Shown piece by piece: positions 1 through 9,258 of a stretch of 64,000 bases of DNA. Within the stretch, counting starts at the first letter, position 1, and each line of letters opens with the position of its first letter. The notes under the pieces are model-generated. The model did no database searches. It saw only the letters and a list, made by a program, of their open reading frames with translations, and had not been told where the DNA came from. The DNA comes from Candidatus Moraniibacteriota bacterium. GTDB taxonomy: Bacteria; Patescibacteriota; Minisyncoccia; Moranbacterales; GCA-2747515. Where the stretch lies: contig CP175956.1 in assembly GCA_046116545.1 (NCBI GenBank), positions 833,734-897,733 of the forward strand, given 5' to 3'. A program made the position numbers and the translations under genes.

Positions 1-1222
1 TCACCTTATCAGCATAATCATCTTGTACAACTTCAATCTGCTTTTTGCCTGCGTCTACATATAGTCTATCTATTTCCCTATGTATCTTTTTAAGTTTTTT
101 GACTATTTCTTTTACTTCACTCAAATCTTCTACTTTTTCTAAACTATCTACCAAACCACTTTGCTCATTACGTATGCCATCAAGTTGCTTTTGTACATAA
201 ACCAAATCAACTGGAATGCTCTTCACTTTTTCCTCATGATTTTTGCGTTCCTTTTGAATTTCAATATGACCTTCTGCAACGGCAATTTTCTTTTCTAATG
301 ATTGCAATTTTACATATACCTCTCTTTTTTCTTTTTCATAAACACCTATTTTTTCAGCATCTTCAACTTTCTTTGATTCTTCCAAAATCTGATCACTAAG
401 TTTATCCACTTCACGTTCAGCATTTTTTAAAGTTATTCCAACATCTTGTCTTTGATTTTCTAAATTCGTTTTCTCCTCAAATAAATTACTCCACTTAGCA
501 CCAAAATATTGTCGTTGCTTTTCTTTCAATTGTTCAAAAACTTCTTTGCCTTGCTTAGCTTTATTTGCTTGACGACGAAGTGAACGAAGGTGTGGCGTTA
601 CTTCTGTTATAAGTGTCTGCACCTGATCCAAATTATCTTTTGTCTTATCAAGTTTTTTGATTGCTCTATTTTTCCTAATTTGAAAATGTTTCACACCAGC
701 CGCATCTTCTATGATTCCACGTCGCTCAATCGGTGTAGCGTTTAATATCGCATCAGTCATACCCTGACCAACCACACAATGACTTTCTTTACCAATACCC
801 GTTCTAGCCAAGATATCCACAATATCCAAAAGTCGTACTCGTGCATCATTTATGAGATACTCACTCTCACCATTACGATAAATCTTACGAGTAATAATAA
901 CCTCATCAAACTCAACCGGCATCGTCTTATCAGTATTATCAAATACAAGCGCCACACTAGCCATTGATAATTTTCCTTTTTTCTCAGAACCAGAAAAAAT
1001 TACATCCTCACTTTTTTTACCACGCAAGTTTTTCATAGACTGCTCCCCCATCACCCAACGCACAGCATCAGAAATATTTGACTTCCCAGAACCATTCGGA
1101 CCAACAATAGCAGTTATCCCACAACCTTTTTCAACATCGCTATTACATTTTGGCAAAAAATCAAAACTAGTCTCAGCCGCAAATGATTTAAATCCTTTTA
1201 TTTCTATTCTTTTTAGATACAT
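1..1222 (-). CDS. smc: Chromosome segregation protein SMC, N-terminal part; gene continues beyond window start
   Basis: Minus-strand translation from ATG (rc of 1220-1222) reads MYLKRIEIKGFKSFA...ITAIVGPNGSGKSNISDAVRWVMGEQS (SMC N-terminal Walker A head), followed by long coiled-coil-like K/E-rich sequence. The reading frame runs off position 1. Confidence 0.85.
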   Translation of the reverse strand, partial: MYLKRIEIKGFKSFAAETSFDFLPKCNSDVEKGCGITAIVGPNGSGKSNISDAVRWVMGEQSMKNLRGKKSEDVIFSGSEKKGKLSMASVALVFDNTDKTMPVEFDEVIITRKIYRNGESEYLINDARVRLLDIVDILARTGIGKESHCVVGQGMTDAILNATPIERRGIIEDAAGVKHFQIRKNRAIKKLDKTKDNLDQVQTLITEVTPHLRSLRRQANKAKQGKEVFEQLKEKQRQYFGAKWSNLFEEKTNLENQRQDVGITLKNAEREVDKLSDQILEESKKVEDAEKIGVYEKEKREVYVKLQSLEKKIAVAEGHIEIQKERKNHEEKVKSIPVDLVYVQKQLDGIRNEQSGLVDSLEKVEDLSEVKEIVKKLKKIHREIDRLYVDAGKKQIEVVQDDYADKV

Positions 1223-1247
1223 ATTTATTTAGTAATCAGTAATTTAT

Positions 1248-1368
1248 TCCCCTCTCCCTCTGGGAGAGGGGCTAGGGGTGAGGGTTTAGAAATATAAACT
1301 TTTCAATTTCCAAACAAAAAACCCTCATCCGTCCTATCGGACACCTTCTCCCAAAAGGAGAAGGGATT
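1248..1368. repeat. Pair of GC-rich dispersed hairpin repeats (family B then family A, reverse orientation)
   Basis: cccctctccctctgggagaggggctaggggtgagggt is the reverse complement of the acccctcaccccaaccctctccc..gggagaggg units at 15106 and 20840. aaaaccctcatccgtcctatcggacaccttctcccaaaaggagaaggg is the reverse complement of the unit at 15220. Confidence 0.8.
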
Positions 1369-1488
1369 TATAATTTTTTCATAACTCTACATATACTATC
1401 ATATACAAAACATCTTGTCAGAGCAAGAAAAAATAAAAACCACCAGAACAGATTTATCTGTTCTGGTGGTACATGCTTTTCCTATGAA

Positions 1489-2790
1489 TTAATCAGATTT
1501 AACATCAGAAATATTCAGTGGTAATCCATCTCTTTTAAAAAGAATTAAATTACCTCTATTTTCCTGCCACTTTACAAAATCTGACAACTCTACTACATCA
1601 TCAAATGTTGCACCAGAAAAATCCATAATGCAATTAAATTCATCATCAACTTCAATTTCTGGAAAACATCCATGATTACCTTCAAAGAAAATTGCACTAT
1701 CTATAGTTACTTGTTTACCAAAGACAATATTGGAATCACGGTCGTGATTGTGACTACTACGGAAATGGATAGAGCCTATAGTTGCTGACACGAAATTAAG
1801 ATTATGAGCCTCTTCATGATTAACAATCACTTTTTCACAAAGTCCTCTCATATATAAATCACAAAAGCCATCTCCACAATAAAGCTTTTTGACTCTATCA
1901 AGATTTAGTTTTATGGTCATTGCACCAAAATTATCAAGATAAACTTCATTAGCTATAATTTTAGATGCTAATTCCAGAGTGCCAAAGGAAGCTGTTCCAA
2001 AATTAATATTGAAAATAATCCCTTCAGAAAATACCACTTTCTTCAAAATATTAAATGTTGCTGCATCAAAATCAATGCTACAATAACATTGATTAGAGGT
2101 TACAGACATAAAACTAGCTGAGCCAAAATTTATCTCTGGCACAAATTTTTGATCACCGACTCGCAGATTATTAATTACAATTTCAACATTTTCAAAATTT
2201 GCTGATTCAAAGAAAACATTGCAACTACAATTATTGATGACTACGGATCCTTCATAAAAGGCTGTCCCTAACCGAAGTTCTGATTTAACGTTTTCAACAT
2301 GAAATCCGTTATCAAAACATGTCTCCCCACAAATAAGCTTTGAGATTATCAATCCACGAAAATCAACTGTTGCATCAAACACCTTTTCAGGCATATTGAT
2401 TGTACCGATAATGTGAATTGGAGAGTTTTTGCGAAACTCATCAACCCGCGCTACATAACCATCACAAAATAACTCTGCAAAATCATGCTTATCAAAGCCT
2501 TCGTGACTTTCTAAATAAGTAACAAAGTGTTCAGCTTTCATGGTAATAACATCACTTGTTTTTTCGATCATCATATTCTCCTCAATCCCATTCAAGAGAC
2601 GTGTAGTTTCTTTTCGTACTAATTCCTGCATTCCGCGAGGAATTAATTTCTGAGCTTCTGCCTTTTTTAAACCATTTTTCAGATTTGCGAAAGTTTGTTT
2701 GGACTTACCCTGCTCAAGAGCAAGCACGCCCTTTAAAACATTCCGTAATAATTCAAGGGATGAATTATCAGGTTTCTCTAAGCGGTCCAT
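1489..2790 (-). CDS. Hypothetical repeat protein with ~20-residue periodic (I/M)(N/D)FGxA(S/T)F repeats, possible beta-solenoid
   Basis: 433-aa ORF. Motifs SANFENV, INFGSASF, IDFDAATF, INFGTASF, MDFSGATF recur about every 20-23 residues. No recognisable catalytic motif. Confidence 0.4.
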   Translation of the reverse strand: MDRLEKPDNSSLELLRNVLKGVLALEQGKSKQTFANLKNGLKKAEAQKLIPRGMQELVRKETTRLLNGIEENMMIEKTSDVITMKAEHFVTYLESHEGFDKHDFAELFCDGYVARVDEFRKNSPIHIIGTINMPEKVFDATVDFRGLIISKLICGETCFDNGFHVENVKSELRLGTAFYEGSVVINNCSCNVFFESANFENVEIVINNLRVGDQKFVPEINFGSASFMSVTSNQCYCSIDFDAATFNILKKVVFSEGIIFNINFGTASFGTLELASKIIANEVYLDNFGAMTIKLNLDRVKKLYCGDGFCDLYMRGLCEKVIVNHEEAHNLNFVSATIGSIHFRSSHNHDRDSNIVFGKQVTIDSAIFFEGNHGCFPEIEVDDEFNCIMDFSGATFDDVVELSDFVKWQENRGNLILFKRDGLPLNISDVKSD

Positions 2791-2949
2791 ACGGATCCTC
2801 CATTAGAAATAGTTTACGATTTGTCGTAATTGTCGTCTATACAGATCAACAAATTTCTTGAACATATCAAGAAAACGACTAAAAAATTGTTAAAATACTA
2901 ACTATAAATATTAGCATGTTTACGGCTTTTTGTCCATATCACAAAATGT

Positions 2950-3045
2950 ACATCCGCCCTCACGCCCATGCATAATACAACAACATCTCCCCATTTTTAA
3001 GGGGGAGATGTCCGATAGGACAGAGGGGGTTTTAGATTGTTTTTC
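2950..3045. repeat. GC-rich dispersed multi-hairpin repeat (family D)
   Basis: catctccccatttttaagggggagatg is a perfect hairpin. gtccgataggac is a second hairpin, followed by agagggggtttt. It is near-identical to the unit at 32002-32051. Confidence 0.8.
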
Positions 3046-3055
3046 AAAAAATAAA

Positions 3056-3096
3056 AGTCAGATTTATGTAATACATAAATCTGACTATCGTTGCAA
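3056..3096 (-). terminator. Rho-independent terminator hairpin directly 3' of the tRNA-like element (minus strand)
   Basis: agtcagatttatgta-ata-cataaatctgact is a perfect stem. On the minus strand it is followed by ttttatttttt. Confidence 0.6.
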
Positions 3097-3160
3097 GCAG
3101 TACGGGGATTGAACCCGCTAGGCTCTGACCTATGTGGGACCCACCTCACCACCGCCATCA
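3097..3160 (-). ncRNA. tRNA-like fragment (T-arm plus acceptor 3' strand) with no complete cloverleaf. Either a tRNA 3'-end remnant or a small RNA
   Basis: Minus strand reads ...GGTCAGAGCCTAGCGGGTTCAATCCCCGTACTGCTTGCA. GCGGG-TTCAATC-CCCGT is a canonical T stem-loop. No matching 5' acceptor strand, D-arm or anticodon arm was found. The ~63-nt element is followed immediately by a terminator. Confidence 0.3.
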
Positions 3161-3294
3161 AAAATTTCAATATTATTTAAAATCTTTGATGGCAGTAACT
3201 TTTGTACTAACTTTACCAACACTACAATATAGCATATTTTAACTACTTTGTCAAGGACTGTAATTACAAAAAATCACATGCTATAATATCAGTT

Positions 3295-4914
3295 ATGGAC
3301 ATTATTAGAAAACAAAAAAAGAATCCTTCTGTCTCCAAACTAAATTCCCGCCTCCGCGGGAATGACAGTGGTGGTAATTTTCATGATAATGACTCTTTGA
3401 ATGGTGCTTATTCTAATACCAATCATAATCGTACTCAAAAAATTCAGACTCTTGATGAATATTCAGAGATCAAACAATCTTCCGGTGTAGAGACGCGATT
3501 AATCGCGTCTCTGCCAAAAACTCGTAGCAAAAAGATTTTTTGGATTTCTTTGGTTCTTTTTATTTTAGCTATTTTATTTGCTGGTGGATTTTTTATTCAT
3601 AATACCAACAACACAATTAATCAAATAACTGATGGTGAAGAAAAACATTCTTTTATGAAAACTGTTTCTAATTTTGCTAATCCTCAATCTTACAAAGTTC
3701 TACATGGGTTTGATACTGGTCGGATAAATATTTTATTACTTGGTAGAGCAAATACTCACAAAAAGGGTGGCGACCTCACAGATACTATAATGCTAGCAAG
3801 TATAAATACTGAGGATTATACTGTTGGACTTTTTTCTATTCCTCGTGATTTTTTGGTCAGCAATGGAAGCTTTTATTCAAAGATAAATTCTCGTTATCAA
3901 ACAGGCCTCCGAAATGATAAAGGTGCAAAATACATCATCAATTCAGTTGAAAAAATAACTGATCAAAATGTAGATTATTATTTTGTACTTGACTTTGAAG
4001 GTTTCACAAAGATTGTTGATATGCTCGGAGGTATAAATGTAGACGTCCCTAAACATATCAAAGATGAACGATATCCTGGAGCAGGTTATACTTATGAAAC
4101 ATTTGAAGTTTATCCTGGGTTACAAAAATTTGATGGTACTACTGCACTTAAATATGCTCGTACTCGTCATGCTGATATCGAGGGAGACTTTGGACGAGCA
4201 AAAAGACAACAACAAGTCATGCAAGCTGCTCGCAACAAAGCATTTTCGCTTGGCACAATTATGAATCCTCTCAAAATAACTGAACTCCTAAATATACTTG
4301 GTGAACACGTTCACACAGATGTCACTCCTGATGAGATTGAACCTTTTATTTCTCTTATCAAAAAATTAGATACTCACAATATAAATAATGTTGTCCTTGA
4401 TGCTTGGAAGTCTGGCAGCTTACTTATCTCTGCTAGATATCATAATGCTCATGGAGGAATATCTGGATTAGTCCCTCGCTCAGGAACTTATGCTGAAATC
4501 CAAGACCAAGCTAAAAACTTATTTGACCTTGATAAAATAAAACAAAGACAAGACGAAATAGAAGATGAATCCCCTACTATTATACTTATCAATACGACAA
4601 GCAAAAATGTTATATCAGCTAGAGTCAAAACTGCTTTATTATCTCTAGGCTTTGATGACGTTATCATAAAAAGTAATAATTACAACACACAAAACAAAAC
4701 AACTATAATCGATAATACGGGGGGCATAAAAACTTTTTCACTTGATGAACTTATCAAAAAACTACCAGCAAAAAAAGACACCCAAGCAAAGACAAAATAT
4801 GAGGATACTGACTTTGTTATTTTGCTAGGAAGTGATATGGTTGATGCATATACATACACTGAAATTTCACAAGAGGAATTGGAAAGTGAAAATGCACAGA
4901 ACAATGATAAATAA
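3295..4914 (+). CDS. LytR-CpsA-Psr (LCP) family cell-envelope phosphotransferase
   Basis: N-terminal TM helix (IFWISLVLFILAILFAGGFFI). LCP core reads ILLLGRANTHKKGGDLTDTIMLASIN...GLFSIPRDFLV...VDYYFVLDFEGFTKIVDMLGGINVDV...YARTRH. Confidence 0.8.
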   Translation: MDIIRKQKKNPSVSKLNSRLRGNDSGGNFHDNDSLNGAYSNTNHNRTQKIQTLDEYSEIKQSSGVETRLIASLPKTRSKKIFWISLVLFILAILFAGGFFIHNTNNTINQITDGEEKHSFMKTVSNFANPQSYKVLHGFDTGRINILLLGRANTHKKGGDLTDTIMLASINTEDYTVGLFSIPRDFLVSNGSFYSKINSRYQTGLRNDKGAKYIINSVEKITDQNVDYYFVLDFEGFTKIVDMLGGINVDVPKHIKDERYPGAGYTYETFEVYPGLQKFDGTTALKYARTRHADIEGDFGRAKRQQQVMQAARNKAFSLGTIMNPLKITELLNILGEHVHTDVTPDEIEPFISLIKKLDTHNINNVVLDAWKSGSLLISARYHNAHGGISGLVPRSGTYAEIQDQAKNLFDLDKIKQRQDEIEDESPTIILINTTSKNVISARVKTALLSLGFDDVIIKSNNYNTQNKTTIIDNTGGIKTFSLDELIKKLPAKKDTQAKTKYEDTDFVILLGSDMVDAYTYTEISQEELESENAQNNDK

Positions 4915-4994
4915 ATTATTTGTAGTGACGCCCCTTGTGGGTGTCATACCAAAGGACAGGCACAAGACCTGTCCCTACCATAAAATACGAAAAT

Positions 4995-5528
4995 ATGAAA
5001 TTAATAATAGGCCTAGGAAACCCAGGCTCAGAATATGAAAAAACTAGACATAATGCAGGATTTATCCTTGTTGATGTCCTACAAAGTAATCATGAATTCT
5101 CTACATTCACATTAGATAAAAAATTTAATGCCCAGACATCTGAAGGATTTATTGATACTGAAAAATATATCCTTGTAAAACCTCAAACATTTATGAATCG
5201 TTCTGGCGAAAGCGTACGAGCAATAATTGATTTTTATAAAATTGACCCAGAAGATATAACCGTCGCAGCAGATGATCTAGACATAGAAATCGGTAATTAT
5301 AAAATCACACGAGATTCTCGAGCGGCAGGACACAATGGCATTCAAAATATAATAGATAATATTGGAACGCAAGACTTTACCCGCATTAAATTAGGTGTAG
5401 AGGTCTCAGGGGGTAGAAAAGAACGAGGAGAAATATCTGGACATAATTTTGTACTTCAGAACTTCTCATCTGATGAACTAACAACATTAGATACTGCTAT
5501 TAAAAATGCTTTAACAAATTTACAGTAG
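4995..5528 (+). CDS. pth: Peptidyl-tRNA hydrolase
   Basis: MKLIIGLGNPGSEYEKTRHNAGF is the Pth N-terminal signature. The track ORF starts at 4935; the internal ATG at 4995 fits the conserved N-terminus. A hairpin (ggacagg..cctgtcc) lies at 4958-4982. Confidence 0.9.
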   Translation: MKLIIGLGNPGSEYEKTRHNAGFILVDVLQSNHEFSTFTLDKKFNAQTSEGFIDTEKYILVKPQTFMNRSGESVRAIIDFYKIDPEDITVAADDLDIEIGNYKITRDSRAAGHNGIQNIIDNIGTQDFTRIKLGVEVSGGRKERGEISGHNFVLQNFSSDELTTLDTAIKNALTNLQ

Positions 5529-5546
5529 CCTCATTAATTGTATTTA

Positions 5547-5585
5547 TAATATTTCCAAAAAATTAAAAACCACTTGAACAATTTT
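5547..5585. terminator. Bidirectional intrinsic terminator between convergent pth and the lipoprotein gene
   Basis: aaaaccacttgaacaa-ttt-tgttcaagtggtttatttt: perfect stem flanked by an A-run and a T-run. Confidence 0.7.
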
Positions 5586-5596
5586 GTTCAAGTGGT

Positions 5597-6064
5597 TTAT
5601 TTTCGTGGTGTATCTTCATAGGCATCATATAAACAAAACAGTAAAAACAATCCATTATTAGTTTCTACTATTTCACTCATTTTAGCCCTTTCCTCTACAG
5701 AGTAAATACCATCATTATTTCCAGCCTTATCTCCAAGTGCTGCAAGGGCATCAGTAATATCATCTAATGCACTAGCAATATTTGTCCTTGATTGCCCTCC
5801 ATAGTATTTATTTGCAAAATTAATAATAATGCCTTCAATATCACTATTTGTAATTCTACAATATTCAGCAACATCATCAATATCTTCAAGTCCCTCAAAG
5901 CCATCAATGGACTCTAATATGCCATTGCTATAATTAGCTATTTGAGCGACACAGACAATGGAATCCAGTTCTTTGCCAGTAGGCATATTATTAGTACTAA
6001 TTTGTTCTTCATCACAAGCGCTAGTAAAAATTAGGAGCATGCACATGATAATTATATTTTTCAA
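5597..6064 (-). CDS. Hypothetical lipoprotein
   Basis: Signal peptide plus lipobox MKNIIIMCMLLIFTSAC. 155 aa, acidic. Confidence 0.4.
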   Translation of the reverse strand: MKNIIIMCMLLIFTSACDEEQISTNNMPTGKELDSIVCVAQIANYSNGILESIDGFEGLEDIDDVAEYCRITNSDIEGIIINFANKYYGGQSRTNIASALDDITDALAALGDKAGNNDGIYSVEERAKMSEIVETNNGLFLLFCLYDAYEDTPRK

Positions 6065-6654
6065 TGTACATGCCTCCTTTCCATACTAACTTTGTCCCGT
6101 ATGTCATCCAAATCAATGAATTCAATATTAGACAGCGCTGGTTTTGTTAGCTTAATGAGCTCTTTTGCAACTGCCTTTCTTGTGGATAATATTATTATCT
6201 TTTTTCCACAATTATTAGCCAGATCTTTTAAGACAGGCTCGTAATCACTATCGCCTGCGATAAATATCAGGACATCATATTCATCCTTGAATTTATGCAA
6301 TTCATATGCGATTTGAGCATCCATATCTCCTTTTTGAAATTCTCCTTTTTCTCCTTTGTTAATAGTTTTCAATGGTCGCTTTATAATAGTATAACCTATA
6401 TGTTCTTCCATTGTGTACCAAAATTTCTTTTGACTAGAAATTTTTTCCTCTCGCCCAACAAATTCCTCAGGGCTTTCATTTTCAGAAACTTCGCCCTCCA
6501 CTGGTGCACCTGTATAGAAACGCTTCAACCCAATTACAGAGTTGTCACATTGATTAAATTTGTTTAACAAAAAATTTGCCAACTCTTTATAATCAATTCT
6601 ATACTGTGTGTGAAAAACGTTTCCGCCATCAACAAAAATTGCGATGCGTAACAT
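6061..6654 (-). CDS. NYN-domain (LabA/DUF88-like, PIN-like) protein
   Basis: MLRIAIFVDGGNVFH...VLIFIAGDSDYEPVLKDL matches the NYN/LabA acidic-residue pattern. It overlaps the downstream lipoprotein gene by 4 nt (atga), suggesting an operon. Confidence 0.55.
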   Translation of the reverse strand: MLRIAIFVDGGNVFHTQYRIDYKELANFLLNKFNQCDNSVIGLKRFYTGAPVEGEVSENESPEEFVGREEKISSQKKFWYTMEEHIGYTIIKRPLKTINKGEKGEFQKGDMDAQIAYELHKFKDEYDVLIFIAGDSDYEPVLKDLANNCGKKIIILSTRKAVAKELIKLTKPALSNIEFIDLDDIRDKVSMERRHVH

Positions 6655-6974
6655 TGTTCATTCCTCCAAAATTTATATATATAAGTTAAAAAACTTTTTT
6701 AAAAAACAAATTGTTTCTAACCTCCTTTTTTACAAGAGATTGATACAACCACGATTCCGTCCACAGAAATAAATATCATATTATGAAATTCAACACGTTT
6801 ACGATATACAGGCAAGGAGGAGGAGCCTGAACACCACGCGCTGTGGACGAAATCCTAATTGTATACTAATCTAATTGTAATGATAAAGACTACCAAAAAT
6901 ACCCATTTTTGTCAATAAAAAAGTAAGCCTCCAAACTTAAATTTCAAAATTTACAATACCTATAATTAAAACCT

Positions 6975-7108
6975 TTGCCCCTTTTTAAGGGGAAAATGTC
7001 CAAAGGACAAAAGGGGGTTCACCACGAATATCTGTCAAATATAAATTGTAGAATTGATATGTAAAAAACTACCCCTCATTCCCCTCTTTAAAAAGTAAAT
7101 GGGGTTTG
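6975..7108. repeat. Pair of dispersed hairpin repeats (family A/D variant then family C)
   Basis: cccctttttaaggggaaaatgtccaaaggacaaaagggggtt, and ccctcattcccctctttaaaaagtaaatggggtttg. The latter is similar to the unit at 31871-31905. Confidence 0.75.
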
Positions 7109-7127
7109 CGCTAAACTACAAAAACAT

Positions 7128-8243
7128 ATGAAAATTAAAAATGAACACAAATATGTAAATGCATTCAATCTAATTCCTGGCATAGGACCACAGAAACTCT
7201 ATTTAATTGCCCAGTATTTCGAAACTTTTGAGCAGGCTTGGAGATCTAAATCAGAAGAATTAAAAAATGCTAATCTCACACCAAAACTTATTGAAAATAT
7301 ATCGGAAGCAAGAAAAACTATTGACCCTGACCAAGAATTCCAAAGATTACAAGATGAAGAAATTGAAATCATAACAATACAAGATGAACAATTTCCTAAA
7401 AATCTAAAGACTATCACTTCCCCACCTTTTGTATTATATGTCCGTGGAAATTTAGATCTACTCAAGTCCCCATCAATTGCTGTTGTAGGATCACGAAAAA
7501 TTAGTGACTATGGCAAACATGCTATCACAACTATCATAAGAGACATAGCAAAATCTGGCATAACGATAGTGTCTGGATTAGCTCTTGGTACAGATGCCCT
7601 TGCCCATCGTGAAACGCTTGATGCAAGCGGTACAACTATTGCAGTCCTTGGTGGTGGAATAGATGACAAAACCATCACACCACGTTCACACATAAACCTA
7701 GCAAATCAAATACTGGATAATGGTGGTGCAATCATTTCAGAATACCCAATAGGCATACAACCCAACCGTGGCACATTCCCTGCCCGCAATCGCATCATGG
7801 CAGGACTCACAACTGCAACAGTCATAATAGAATCAACTGCAAAATCAGGTACACTCATAACAGCCCAGCACGCTCACAAATTCAAACGAAACCTATTTGC
7901 ATTACCCGGCTCAATATTTACAACAAACTCAGTCGGACCAAATATGTTAATAAGAGAAGGTAAAGCTAAAGCACTTCTTTGTAGTGATGATATAAAAGAT
8001 CTCTTTAAAGATGTCTTAAAAGATACATCTAAAAGTAGTGGACGGACATGTCCGTCCACTACACTAACAGAACATCAAAAAATGTTATTTGAAACAATAA
8101 AAAAACACCCAGACGGTGTAAATATAAACACAATAATAAAAGAAACCAAACTCGATGGCTCCACAATCTCAAGTGAACTAACAATGATGGAAATTGATGG
8201 TATTGTAAAAAATATCGGAAATCAAACTTATATTGTAATTTAA
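7128..8243 (+). CDS. dprA: DNA processing protein A (DprA/Smf)
   Basis: VVGSRKISDYGKHAITTIIRDIAKSGITIVSGLALGTDALAH...IAVLGGGID...ISEYPIGIQPNRGTFPARNRIMAGL (Rossmann-like DprA core), plus a C-terminal winged-helix-like tail. Confidence 0.9.
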   Translation: MKIKNEHKYVNAFNLIPGIGPQKLYLIAQYFETFEQAWRSKSEELKNANLTPKLIENISEARKTIDPDQEFQRLQDEEIEIITIQDEQFPKNLKTITSPPFVLYVRGNLDLLKSPSIAVVGSRKISDYGKHAITTIIRDIAKSGITIVSGLALGTDALAHRETLDASGTTIAVLGGGIDDKTITPRSHINLANQILDNGGAIISEYPIGIQPNRGTFPARNRIMAGLTTATVIIESTAKSGTLITAQHAHKFKRNLFALPGSIFTTNSVGPNMLIREGKAKALLCSDDIKDLFKDVLKDTSKSSGRTCPSTTLTEHQKMLFETIKKHPDGVNINTIIKETKLDGSTISSELTMMEIDGIVKNIGNQTYIVI

Positions 8244-8302
8244 AAGAATTAAAAAGTCGCTAGATATGATTACATATCCAACGACTTCGTGAACAAAGAA
8301 GT

Positions 8303-8482
8303 TCATTGACTTCTTTTTGGTTTTTGACACAACAAGGTCATGCCAATAAATGAGAAAAATACAGCAGCTAGTATAGCAATGATTTTATCGTTATTGGTAA
8401 TTGATACCATTGTTTGCATTGCTACAAAAGCTCCAAGCAATCCCCAAAATAAAAAACCTAACCCTACAAGTATTCTTTTCAT
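8303..8482 (-). CDS. Small hypothetical membrane protein (59 aa, 2 predicted TM); absent from ORF track because shorter than 60 aa
   Basis: Translating the reverse complement gives MKRILVGLGFLFWGLLGAFVAMQTMVSITNNDKIIAILAAVFFSFIGMTLLCQKPKRSQ*. Confidence 0.25.
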   Translation of the reverse strand: MKRILVGLGFLFWGLLGAFVAMQTMVSITNNDKIIAILAAVFFSFIGMTLLCQKPKRSQ

Positions 8483-8499
8483 GACGCTTCTCCATTAAA

Positions 8500-8817
8500 T
8501 TATTTCTCATTTTGATAAGAAATATGTACAACGGAATCTCCGCCATACCTTACACTTACGATTCTTCCATTCAGATAAATATCAGCTGGAATGTGTTTAT
8601 TAACACGCACAACAACACCAGAATAGCTTCCATGTTCAAATGTTCTAATTGTTGCACATTCTCTATCATGTGCAATAAACTGACCCCAACCTCCACTGCC
8701 AATACCTCTTTGTATAGCATATTGTCCCAATTCTAGTGTCTTTGTCACAATTTCTGTAGCTTGCACAGATGAACAACACAACAACAAGAACAAACATCCA
8801 CTAATTATTTTTTTCAT
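8500..8817 (-). CDS. Hypothetical secreted protein
   Basis: N-terminal signal peptide MKKIISGCLFLLLCCSSVQA. 105 aa. Confidence 0.4.
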   Translation of the reverse strand: MKKIISGCLFLLLCCSSVQATEIVTKTLELGQYAIQRGIGSGGWGQFIAHDRECATIRTFEHGSYSGVVVRVNKHIPADIYLNGRIVSVRYGGDSVVHISYQNEK

Positions 8818-8864
8818 AATTTTCTCCTTATGAGATTTTATTCTACTTAATAATTTTGAAACAC

Positions 8865-9188
8865 TTATTCGTGATAAATTAGCCTATCTAAAAATGACCG
8901 CCACTCATCAACTTGTATTCGCAATAACTGTTGCAAGGCATCGATAATATTTGATCTTTCAGTTTGATCACCCACACTTCTTGGCATCAATTGCCAATGA
9001 CTTTTATAATTCCTATAAATATCATGTCTATCGGCAATACTTGGAAATATCCAAACTCTATATTTAGCCCTATGCAACCAATCTCCGATAATTATTTCAA
9101 TCGTACCATTTTCAACAAAATTAATTGTTTTTATAGTATGAGATTTTTCTTTATCGCCATCTTCACAATCCTTAATCAAAAAATTCAT
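8865..9188 (-). CDS. Hypothetical protein
   Basis: 107-aa ORF with no recognisable motif. Confidence 0.3.
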   Translation of the reverse strand: MNFLIKDCEDGDKEKSHTIKTINFVENGTIEIIIGDWLHRAKYRVWIFPSIADRHDIYRNYKSHWQLMPRSVGDQTERSNIIDALQQLLRIQVDEWRSFLDRLIYHE

Positions 9189-9258
9189 AATTCACTCCTA
9201 TTCAAATTATTCATTTTATCAACCTACTTCCATGAATTATACCCATCTACGCTACACC

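Noticed and set aside
779-967. Short antisense ORFs embedded in long genes (for example 779-967, 4064-4264, 7199-7465, 18482-18745, 43973-44371)
   Set aside because: They lie fully inside and antisense to well-supported conserved genes. They are typical AT-rich spurious ORFs.
2930-3112. Track ORF 2930-3112 (+), and similarly 20636-20899 (+)
   Set aside because: Both are composed of the GC-rich dispersed hairpin repeats (and, at 20636-20899, the putative T-box). The Pro/Gly-rich translations are by-products of repeat sequence, not genes.
3097-3160. SRP (4.5S) RNA or tmRNA 3' end as identity of the tRNA-like fragment
   Set aside because: The AGGUCAG-like and GAAGCAG-like strings are on opposite strands, unlike 4.5S helix 8. 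No tmRNA 5' acceptor partner or tag-peptide reading frame lies upstream; that region is the LCP coding sequence.
4935-4994. N-terminal extension of pth from the track ORF start at 4935
   Set aside because: The extension overlaps a hairpin and has no similarity to Pth. The internal ATG at 4995 gives the canonical MKLIIGLGNPG N-terminus.
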